In this document: positions 52,601-64,000 of the stretch, piece by piece
How positions within the stretch are numbered: position 1 is the stretch's first letter
How the letters are laid out: each line of letters starts with the position of its first letter
Assembly: GCA_964016885.1 (NCBI GenBank)
Contig: OZ024744.1
Coordinates: 12,834,001-12,898,000 of the forward strand
DNA: 64,000 nt
Direction of reading: 5' to 3'
Origin: Eledone cirrhosa
Lineage: Eukaryota
Notes under the pieces: model-generated
The model's database searches: none
Seen by the model: the letters and a program-made list of their open reading frames with translations, nothing else
Told to the model about the DNA's origin: nothing
Position numbers and translations under genes: made by a program

Positions 52601-55600
52601 GTCATGTGGTTAGAATGTCTTAGTAGATCCGAGTGTCACTCCAGTTAAAGCCACTCTCTAAATTGAGAGATCACAACTCCCATACTATGGACATGTGGTT
52701 AGAATGTCTCAGTAGATCAGAGAGTCACTCCAGTTAAAGCCACTCTCTAAATTGAGAGATCACAACTCCCATACTATGGACATGTGGTTAGAATGTCTCA
52801 GTAGATCAGAGAGTCACTCCAGTTAAAGCCACTCTCTAAATTGAGAGATCACAACTCCCATACTATGGACATGTGGTTAGAATGTCTCAGTAGATCAGAG
52901 AGTCACTCCAGTTAAAGCTACTCTCTAAATTGAGAGATCACAACTCCCATACTATGGACATGTAGTTAGAATGTCTCAGTAGATCAGAGTGTGACTCCAA
53001 TTAAAGCTACTAGTTCTCTAAATTGAGAGATCACAACTCCCATACTATGGACATGTGGTTAGAATGTCTCAGGAGTTCAGAGAGTCACTCCAGTTAAAGC
53101 TACTCTCTAAATTGAGAGATCACAACTCCCATACTATGGACATGTAGTTAGAATGTCTCAGTAGATCAGAGTGTCACTCCAGTTAATGTCACTAATTCTC
53201 TAAATTGAGAGATCAAACTTCCAATACTACAGACATGTGGTTAGAATGTCTCAGCAGATCAGAGAGTCAGTCCAGTTAAAGCAACTCTCTAAATTGAGAG
53301 ATCACAACTCCCATACGATGGACATGTGGTTAGAATGTCTCAGGAGATCAGAAAGTCACTCCAGTTCAAGCTACTCTCTAAATTGAGAGATCACTACTCC
53401 CATACTATGGTCATGTGGTTAGAATGTCTCAGTAGATCAGAGTGTCACTCCAGTTAAAGCTACTAATTCTCTAAATTGAGAGATCACATCTCCAATACTA
53501 TGGACATGGGGTTAGAATGTCTCAGTAGATCAGAGAGTCACTCCCTTTAAAGCTACTAGTTCTCTAAATTGAGAGATCACAACTCCCATACTATGGACAT
53601 GTGGTTAGAATGTCTCAGTAGATCAGAGTGTCACTCCAGTTAAAGCTACTCTCTAAATTGAGAGATCACAAGTCCCATACTATGGACATGTGGTTAGAAT
53701 GTCTCAGTAGATCAGAGTGTGACTCCAGTTAAAGCTACTAGTTCTCTAAATTGAGAGATCACAACTCCAATACTATGGACATGGGGTTAGAATGTCTCAG
53801 TAGATCAGAGAGTCACTCCAGTTAAAGCTACTAATTCTCTAAATTGAGAGTTCACAACTCCCATACTATGGACATGTGGTTAGAATGTCTCAGTAGATCA
53901 GAGTGTCACTCCAGTTAAAGCTACTAGTTCTCTAAATTAGGAGATCACAACTCCCATACTATGGACATGTGGTTGGAATGTCTCAGTAGATCAGAGTGTG
54001 ACTCCAGTTAAAGCTACTAGTTCTCTAAATTGAGAGATCACAACTCCAATACTATGGACATGGGGTTAGAATGTCTCAGTAGATCAGAGAGTCACTCCAG
54101 TTAAAGCTACTCTCTAAATTGAGAGATCACAACTCCCATACTATGGACATGTAGTTAGAATGTCTCAGTAGATCAGAGTGTGACTCCAATTAAAGCTACT
54201 AGTTCTCTAAATTAGGAGATCACAACTCCCATACTATGGACATGTGGTTAGAATGTCTCAGTCGATCAGAGAGTCACTCCAGTTAAAACTACTAATTCTC
54301 TAAATTGAGAGATCACAACTCCGATACTATGGACATGTGGTTAGAATGTCTCAGTAGATCCGAGTGTCACTCCAGTTAAAGCCACTCTCTAAATTGAGAG
54401 ATCACAACTCCCATACTATGGACATGTGGTTAGAATGTCTCAGTAGATCAGAGAGTCACTCCAGTTAAAGCCACTCTCTAAATTGAGAGATCACAACTCC
54501 CATACTATGGACATGTGGTTAGAATGTCTCAGTAGATCAGAGAGTCACTCCAGTTAAAGCTACTCTCTAAATTGAGAGATCACAACTCCCATACTATGGA
54601 CATGTAGTTAGAATGTCTCAGTAGATCAGAGTGTGACTCCAATTAAAGCTACTAGTTCTCTAAATTGAGAGATCACAACTCCCATACTATGGACATGTGG
54701 TTAGAATGTCTCAGGAGTTCAGAGAGTCACTCCAGTTAAAGCTACTCTCTAAATTGAGAGATCACAACTCCCATACTATGGACATGTAGTTAGAATGTCT
54801 CAGTAGATCAGAGTGTCCCTCCAGTTAATGTCACTAATTCTCTAAATTGAGAGATCAAACTTCCAATACTACAGACATGTGGTTAGAATGTCTCAGCAGA
54901 TCAGAGAGTCAGTCCAGTTAAAGCAACTCTCTAAATTGAGAGATCACAACTCCCATACGATGGACATGTGGTTAGAATGTCTCAGGAGATCAGAAAGTCA
55001 CTCCAGTTCAAGCTACTCTCTAAATTGAGAGATCACTACTCCCATACTATGGTCATGTGGTTAGAATGTCTCAGTAGATCAGAGTGTCACTCCAGTTAAA
55101 GCTACTAATTCTCTAAATTGAGAGATCACATCTCCAATACTATGGACATGGGGTTAGAATGTCTCAGTAGATCAGAGAGTCACTCCCTTTAAAGCTACTA
55201 GTTCTCTAAATTGAGAGATCACAACTCCCATACTATGGACATGTGGTTAGAATGTCTCAGTAGATCAGAGTGTCACTCCAGTTAAAGCTACTCTCTAAAT
55301 TGAGAGATCACAAGTCCCATACTATGGACATGTGGTTAGAATGTCTCAGTAGATCAGAGTGTGACTCCAGTTAAAGCTACTAGTTCTCTAAATTGAGAGA
55401 TCACAACTCCAATACTATGGACATGGGGTTAGAATGTCTCAGTAGATCAGAGAGTCACTCCAGTTAAAGCTACTAATTCTCTAAATTGAGAGTTCACAAC
55501 TCCCATACTATGGACATGTGGTTAGAATGTCTCAGTAGATCAGAGTGTCACTCCAGTTAAAGCTACTCTCTAAATTGAGAGATCACAACTCCCATACTAT

Positions 55601-58600
55601 GGACATGTGGTTGGAATGTCTCAGTAGATCAGAGTGTCACTCCAGTTAAAGCTACTAATTCTCTAAATTGAGAGATCACAACTCCAATACTATGGACATG
55701 TGGTTAGAATGTCTCAGTAGATCAGAGAGTCACTCCAGTTAAAGCTACTCTGTAAATTGAAACATCACAACTCCAATACTATGGACATGTGGTTTGAATG
55801 TCTCAGTAGATCAGAGAGTCACTCCAGTTAAAGCTACTAATTCACTAAATTGAGAGATCACAACTCCCATACTATGGACATGTGGTTAGAATGTCTCAGT
55901 AGATCAGAGAGTCACTCCAGTTAAAGCCACTCTCTAAATTGAGAGATCACAACTCCCATACTATGAACATGTGGTTACAATGTCTCAGTAGATCATAGTG
56001 TCACTCCAGTTAAAGCTACTCTCTAAATTGAGAGATCTAAACTCCCATACTATGGTCATGTGGTTAGAATGTCTCAGTAGATCAGAGAGTCACTCCACTT
56101 AAAGCCACTAATTCTCTAAATTGAGAGATCACAACTCCAATACTACGGACATGTGGTTAGAATGTCTCAGTAGATCAGAGAGTCACTCCAGTTAAAGCCA
56201 CTAATTCTCTAAATTGAGAGATCACAACACCCATACTATGGACATGTGGTTAGAATGTCTCAGTAGATCAGAGTGTCTCTCCAGTTAAAGCTACTCTCTA
56301 AATTGAGAGATCACAACTCCAATACTATGGACATGTGGTTAGAATGTCTCAGTAGATCAGAGAGTCACTCCAGTTAAAGCTACTCTGTAAATTGAGAGAT
56401 CACAACTCCCAAATAATGTACATGGGGTTAGAACGTCTCAGTAGATCAGAGAGTCACTCCAGTTAAAGCCACTCTCTAAATTGAGAGATCACAACTCCCA
56501 TACTATGGTCATGTGGTTAGAATGTCTTAGTAGATCCGAGTGTCACTCCAGTTAAAGCCACTCTCTAAATTGAGAGATCACAACTCCCATACTATGGACA
56601 TGTGGTTAGAATGTCTCAGTAGATCAGAGAGTCACTCCAGTTAAAGCCACTCTCTAAATTGAGAGATCACAACTCCCATACTATGGACATGTGGTTAGAA
56701 TGTCTCAGTAGATCAGAGAGTCACTCCAGTTAAAGCCACTCTCTAAATTGAGAGATCACAACTCCCATACTATGGACATGTGGTTAGAATGTCTCAGTAG
56801 ATCAGAGAGTCACTCCAGTTAAAGCTACTCTCTAAATTGAGAGATCACAACTCCCATACTATGGACATGTAGTTAGAATGTCTCAGTAGATCAGAGTGTG
56901 ACTCCAATTAAAGCTACTAGTTCTCTAAATTGAGAGATCACAACTCCCATACTATGGACATGTGGTTAGAATGTCTCAGGAGTTCAGAGAGTCACTCCAG
57001 TTAAAGCTACTCTCTAAATTGAGAGATCACAACTCCCATACTATGGACATGTAGTTAGAATGTCTCAGTAGATCAGAGTGTCACTCCAGTTAATGTCACT
57101 AATTCTCTAAATTGAGAGATCAAACTTCCAATACTACAGACATGTGGTTAGAATGTCTCAGCAGATCAGAGAGTCAGTCCAGTTAAAGCAACTCTCTAAA
57201 TTGAGAGATCACAACTCCCATACGATGGACATGTGGTTAGAATGTCTCAGGAGATCAGAAAGTCACTCCAGTTCAAGCTACTCTCTAAATTGAGAGATCA
57301 CTACTCCCATACTATGGTCATGTGGTTAGAATGTCTCAGTAGATCAGAGTGTCACTCCAGTTAAAGCTACTAATTCTCTAAATTGAGAGATCACATCTCC
57401 AATACTATGGACATGGGGTTAGAATGTCTCAGTAGATCAGAGAGTCACTCCCTTTAAAGCTACTAGTTCTCTAAATTGAGAGATCACAACTCCCATACTA
57501 TGGACATGTGGTTAGAATGTCTCAGTAGATCAGAGTGTCACTCCAGTTAAAGCTACTCTCTAAATTGAGAGATCACAAGTCCCATACTATGGACATGTGG
57601 TTAGAATGTCTCAGTAGATCAGAGTGTGACTCCAGTTAAAGCTACTAGTTCTCTAAATTGAGAGATCACAACTCCAATACTATGGACATGGGGTTAGAAT
57701 GTCTCAGTAGATCAGAGAGTCACTCCAGTTAAAGCTACTAATTCTCTAAATTGAGAGTTCACAACTCCCATACTATGGACATGTGGTTAGAATGTCTCAG
57801 TAGATCAGAGTGTCACTCCAGTTAAAGCTACTCTCTAAATTGAGAGATCACAACTCCCATACTATGGACATGTGGTTGGAATGTCTCAGTAGATCAGAGT
57901 GTCACTCCAGTTAAAGCTACTAATTCTCTAAATTGAGAGATCACAACTCCAATACTATGGACATGTGGTTAGAATGTCTCAGTAGATCAGAGAGTCACTC
58001 CAGTTAAAGCTACTCTGTAAATTGAAACATCACAACTCCAATACTATGGACATGTGGTTTGAATGTCTCAGTAGATCAGAGAGTCACTCCAGTTAAAGCT
58101 ACTAATTCACTAAATTGAGAGATCACAACTCCCATACTATGGACATGTGGTTAGAATGTCTCAGTAGATCAGAGAGTCACTCCACTTAAAGCCACTAATT
58201 CTCTAAATTGAGAGATCACAACTCCAATACTACGGACATGTGGTTAGAATGTCTCAGTAGATCAGAGAGTCACTCCAGTTAAAGCCACTAATTCTCTAAA
58301 TTGAGAGATCACAACTCCCATACTATGGACATGTGGTTAGAATTTCTCAGTAGATCAGAGTGTCACTCCAGTTAAAGCTACTCTCTAAATTGAGAGATCA
58401 CAACTCCAATACTATGGACATGTGGTTAGAATGTCTCAGTAGATCAGAGAGTCACTCCAGTTAAAGCTACTCTGTAAATTGAGAGATCACAACTCCCAAA
58501 TAATGTACATGGGGTTAGAACGTCTCAGTAGATCAGAGAGTCACTCCAGTTAAAGCCACTCTCTAAATTGAGAGATCACAACTCCCATACTATGGTCATG

Positions 58601-61600
58601 TGGTTAGAATGTCTTAGTAGATCCGAGTGTCACTCCAGTTAAAGCCACTCTCTAAATTGAGAGATCACAACTCCCATACTATGGACATGTGGTTAGAATG
58701 TCTCAGTAGATCAGAGAGTCACTCCAGTTAAAGCCACTCTCTAAATTGAGAGATCACAACTCCCATACTATGGACATGTGGTTAGAATGTCTCAGTAGAT
58801 CAGAGAGTCACTCCAGTTAAAGCCACTCTCTAAATTGAGAGATCACAACTCCCATACTATGGACATGTAGTTAGAATGTCTCAGTAGATCAGAGTGTCAC
58901 TCCAGTTCAAGCTACTCTCTAAATTGAGAGATCACTACTCCCATACTAATGTCACTAATTCTCTAAATTGAGAGATTTAACTTTCAATACTACAGACATG
59001 TGGTTAGAATGTCTCAGCAGATCAGAGAGTCAGTCCAGTTAAAGCAACTCTCTAAATTGAGAGATCACAACTCCCATACGATGGACATGTGGTTAGAACG
59101 TCTCAGGAGATCAGAAAGTCACTCCAGTTCAAGCTACTCTCTAAATTGAGAGATCACTACTCCCATACTATGGTCATGTGGTTAGAATGTCTCAGTAGAT
59201 CAGAGTGTCACTCCAGTTAAAGCTACTAATTCTCTAAATTGAGAGATCACATCTCCAATACTATGGACATGGGGTTAGAATGTCTCAGTAGATCAGAGAG
59301 TCACTCCCTTTAAAGCTACTAGTTCTCTAAATTGAGAGATCACAACTCCCATACCATGGACATGTGGTTAGAATGTCTCAGTAGATCAGAGAGTCACTCC
59401 ACTTAAAGCCACTAATTCTCTAAATTGAGAGATCACAACTCCAATACTACGGACATGTGGTTAGAATGTCTCAGTAGATCAGAGAGTCACTCCAGTTAAA
59501 GCCACTAATTCTCTAAATTGAGAGATCACAACTCCCATACTATGGACATGTGGTTAGAATGTCTCAGTAGATCAGAGTGTCACTCCAGTTAAAGCTACTC
59601 TCTAAATTGAGAGATCACAACTCCAATACTATGGACATGTGGTTAGAATGTCTCAGTAGATCAGAGAGTCACTCCAGTTAAAGCTACTCTGTAAATTGAG
59701 AGATCACAACTCCCAAATAATGTACATGGGGTTAGAACGTCTCAGTAGATCAGAGAGTCACTCCAGTTAAAGCCACTCTCTAAATTGAGAGATCACAACT
59801 CCCATACTATGGTCATGTGGTTAGAATGTCTTAGTAGATCCGAGTGTCACTCCAGTTAAAGCCACTCTCTAAATTGAGAGATCACAACTCCCATACTATG
59901 GACATGTGGTTAGAATGTCTCAGTAGATCAGAGAGTCACTCCAGTTAAAGCCACTCTCTAAATTGAGAGATCACAACTCCCATACTATGGACATGTGGTT
60001 AGAATGTCTCAGTAGATCAGAGAGTCACTCCAGTTAAAGCCACTCTCTAAATTGAGAGATCACAACTCCCATACTATGGACATGTAGTTAGAATGTCTCA
60101 GTAGATCAGAGAGTCACTCCAGTTAATGTCACTAATTCTCTAAATTGAGAGATTTAACTTTCAATACTACAGACATGTGGTTAGAATGTCTCAGCAGATC
60201 AGAGAGTCAGTCCAGTTAAAGCAACTCTCTAAATTGAGAGATCACAACTCCCATACGATGGACATGTGGTTAGAACGTCTCAGGAGATCAGAAAGTCACT
60301 CCAGTTCAAGCTACTCTCTAAATTGAGAGATCACTACTCCCATACTATGGTCATGTGGTTAGAATGTCTCAGTAGATCAGTGTCACTCCAGTTAAAGCTA
60401 CTAATTCTCTAAATTGAGAGATCACATCTCCAATACTATGGACATGGGGTTAGAATGTCTCAGTAGATCAGAGAGTCACTCCCTTTAAAGCTACTAGTTC
60501 TCTAAATTGAGAGATCACAACTCCCATACCATGGACATGTGGTTAGAATGTCTCAGTAGATCAGAGTGTCACTCCAGTTAAAGCTACTCTCTAAATTGAG
60601 AGATCACAAGTCCCATACTATGGACATGTGGTTAGAATGTCTCAGTAGATCAGAGTGTCACTCCAGTTAAAGCTACTCTCTAAATTGAGAGATCACAACT
60701 CCCATACTATGGACATGTAGTTAGAATGTCTCAGTAGATCAGAGTGTCACTCCAGTTAATGTCACTAATTCTCTAAATTGAGAGATCAAACTTTCAATAC
60801 TACAGACATGTGGTTAGAATGTCTCAGCAGATCAGAGAGTCAGTCCAGTTAAAGCAACTCTCTAAATTGAGAGATCACAACTCCCATACGATGGACATGT
60901 GGTTAGAATGTCTCAGGAGATCAGAAAGTTACTCCAGTTCAAGCTACTCTCTAAATTGAGAGATCACTACTCCCATACTATGGTCATGTGGTTAGAATGT
61001 CTCAGTAGATCAGAGTGTCACTCCAGTTAAAGCTACTAATTCTCTAAATTGAGAGATCACATCTCCAATACTATGGACATGGGGTTAGAATGTCTCAGTA
61101 GATCAGAGAGTCACTCCCTTTAAAGCTACTAGTTCTCTAAATTGAGAGATCACAACTCCCATACTATGGACATGTGGTTAGAATGTCTCAGTAGATCAGA
61201 GTGTCACTCCAGTTAAAGCTACTCTCTAAATTGAGAGATCACAAGTCCCATACTATGGACATGTGGTTAGAATGTCTCAGTAGATCAGAGTGTCACTCCA
61301 GTTAAAGCTACTCTCTAAATTGAGAGATCACAACTCCCATACTATGGACATGTGGTTAGAATGTCTCAGTAGATCAGAGTGTCACTCCAGTTAAAGCTAC
61401 TCTCTAAATTGAGAGATCACAAGTCCCATACTATGGACATGTGGTTAGAATGTCTCAGTAGATCAGAGAGTCACTCCAGTTAAAGCCACTCTCTAAATTG
61501 AGAGATCACAACTCCCATACTATGGACATGTGGTTAGAATGTCTCAGTAGATCAGAGAGTCACTCCAGTTAAAGCCACTCTCTAAATTGAGAGATCACAA

Positions 61601-64000
61601 CTCCCATACTATGGACATGTAGTTAGAATGTCTCAGTAGATCAGAGTGTCACTCCAGTTCAAGCTACTCTCTAAATTGAGAGATCACTACTCCCATACTA
61701 ATGTCACTAATTCTCTAAATTGAGAGATTTAACTTTCAATACTACAGACATGTGGTTAGAATGTCTCAGCAGATCAGAGAGTCAGTCCAGTTAAAGCAAC
61801 TCTCTAAATTGAGAGATCACAACTCCCATACGATGGACATGTGGTTAGAACGTCTCAGGAGATCAGAAAGTCACTCCAGTTCAAGCTACTCTCTAAATTG
61901 AGAGATCACTACTCCCATACTATGGTCATGTGGTTAGAATGTCTCAGTAGATCAGAGTGTCACTCCAGTTAAAGCTACTAATTCTCTAAATTGAGAGATC
62001 ACATCTCCAATACTATGGACATGGGGTTAGAATGTCTCAGTAGATCAGAGAGTCACTCCCTTTAAAGCTACTAGTTCTCTAAATTGAGAGATCACAACTC
62101 CCATACCATGGACATGTGGTTAGAATGTCTCAGTAGATCAGAGAGTCACTCCACTTAAAGCCACTAATTCTCTAAATTGAGAGATCACAACTCCAATACT
62201 ACGGACATGTGGTTAGAATGTCTCAGTAGATCAGAGAGTCACTCCAGTTAAAGCCACTAATTCTCTAAATTGAGAGATCACAACTCCCATACTATGGACA
62301 TGTGGTTAGAATGTCTCAGTAGATCAGAGTGTCACTCCAGTTAAAGCTACTCTCTAAATTGAGAGATCACAACTCCAATACTATGGACATGTGGTTAGAA
62401 TGTCTCAGTAGATCAGAGAGTCACTCCAGTTAAAGCTACTCTGTAAATTGAGAGATCACAACTCCCAAATAATGTACATGGGGTTAGAACGTCTCAGTAG
62501 ATCAGAGAGTCACTCCAGTTAAAGCCACTCTCTAAATTGAGAGATCACAACTCCCATACTATGGTCATGTGGTTAGAATGTCTTAGTAGATCCGAGTGTC
62601 ACTCCAGTTAAAGCCACTCTCTAAATTGAGAGATCACAACTCCCATACTATGGACATGTGGTTAGAATGTCTCAGTAGATCAGAGAGTCACTCCAGTTAA
62701 AGCCACTCTCTAAATTGAGAGATCACAACTCCCATACTATGGACATGTGGTTAGAATGTCTCAGTAGATCAGAGAGTCACTCCAGTTAAAGCCACTCTCT
62801 AAATTGAGAGATCACAACTCCCATACTATGGACATGTAGTTAGAATGTCTCAGTAGATCAGAGAGTCACTCCAGTTAATGTCACTAATTCTCTAAATTGA
62901 GAGATTTAACTTTCAATACTACAGACATGTGGTTAGAATGTCTCAGCAGATCAGAGAGTCAGTCCAGTTAAAGCAACTCTCTAAATTGAGAGATCACAAC
63001 TCCCATACGATGGACATGTGGTTAGAACGTCTCAGGAGATCAGAAAGTCACTCCAGTTCAAGCTACTCTCTAAATTGAGAGATCACTACTCCCATACTAT
63101 GGTCATGTGGTTAGAATGTCTCAGTAGATCAGTGTCACTCCAGTTAAAGCTACTAATTCTCTAAATTGAGAGATCACATCTCCAATACTATGGACATGGG
63201 GTTAGAATGTCTCAGTAGATCAGAGAGTCACTCCCTTTAAAGCTACTAGTTCTCTAAATTGAGAGATCACAACTCCCATACCATGGACATGTGGTTAGAA
63301 TGTCTCAGTAGATCAGAGTGTCACTCCAGTTAAAGCTACTCTCTAAATTGAGAGATCACAAGTCCCATACTATGGACATGTGGTTAGAATGTCTCAGTAG
63401 ATCAGAGTGTCACTCCAGTTAAAGCTACTCTCTAAATTGAGAGATCACAACTCCCATACTATGGACATGTAGTTAGAATGTCTCAGTAGATCAGAGTGTC
63501 ACTCCAGTTAATGTCACTAATTCTCTAAATTGAGAGATCAAACTTTCAATACTACAGACATGTGGTTAGAATGTCTCAGCAGATCAGAGAGTCAGTCCAG
63601 TTAAAGCAACTCTCTAAATTGAGAGATCACAACTCCCATACGATGGACATGTGGTTAGAATGTCTCAGGAGATCAGAAAGTTACTCCAGTTCAAGCTACT
63701 CTCTAAATTGAGAGATCACTACTCCCATACTATGGTCATGTGGTTAGAATGTCTCAGTAGATCAGAGTGTCACTCCAGTTAAAGCTACTAATTCTCTAAA
63801 TTGAGAGATCACATCTCCAATACTATGGACATGGGGTTAGAATGTCTCAGTAGATCAGAGAGTCACTCCAGTTAAAGCTACTAATTCTCTAAATTGAGAG
63901 TTCACAACTCCCATACTATGGACATGTGGTTAGAATGTCTCAGTAGATCAGAGTGTCACTCCAGTTAAAGCTACTCTCTAAATTGAGAGATCACAACTCC
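19511..64000. repeat. Satellite DNA, 89/93-bp monomer, roughly 490 copies in the window, with higher-order repeats; runs off the window end
   Basis: Consensus GAGAGATCACAACTCCCATACTATGGACATGTGGTTAGAATGTCTCAGTAGATCAGAGWGTCACTCCAGTTAAAGCYAC(TART)TCTCTAAATT. Monomer starts at 19652, 19741 and 19834 give 89 and 93 bp. Confidence 0.98.

Noticed and set aside
19511-64000. CRISPR-like array or hammerhead/retrozyme satellite
   Set aside because: No unique spacers and no cas genes. I found no CUGANGA...GAAA core on either strand of the monomer.
19680-64000. Telomere-like GGTTAG/GGGGTTAG in each monomer
   Set aside because: Only a single hexamer per monomer and never tandem TTAGGG; compatible with chance.

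Overview
Eukaryotic, gene-free, repeat-saturated window. The (TA)n/(GA)n microsatellites and the SINE type suggest a mollusc, probably a cephalopod (inference). About 1-10.5 kb is a nested transposon cluster. It holds (i) a minus-strand Ty3/Gypsy LTR retrotransposon (848-6867) with 537-bp LTRs differing at 3 sites, a long tRNA-Trp-like PBS, a capsid-less gag, a GGGAAAC frameshift signal with a predicted pseudoknot, and a pol split by a ~550-bp insertion; (ii) an RTE-like 5' UTR remnant; (iii) a 5'-truncated Penelope-like element (RT thumb plus GIY-YIG) with 569-bp inverted pseudo-LTR arms, each carrying a minimal hammerhead ribozyme; and (iv) a tRNA-derived SINE. About 10.8-18.1 kb is a 7.3-kb degenerate (GGTT)n array with a ~1.55-1.68 kb superstructure, probably the expanded microsatellite of a Helitron-like element. 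From ~19.5 kb to the end is a >44-kb satellite of 89/93-bp monomers arranged in successive higher-order repeats (4801, 3907 and 2752 bp). Its edge monomer runs in frame into a decayed CRE-like non-LTR reverse-transcriptase fragment, suggesting the satellite was born from retrotransposon coding sequence. All family assignments are from motif recognition by eye; no database search was run.
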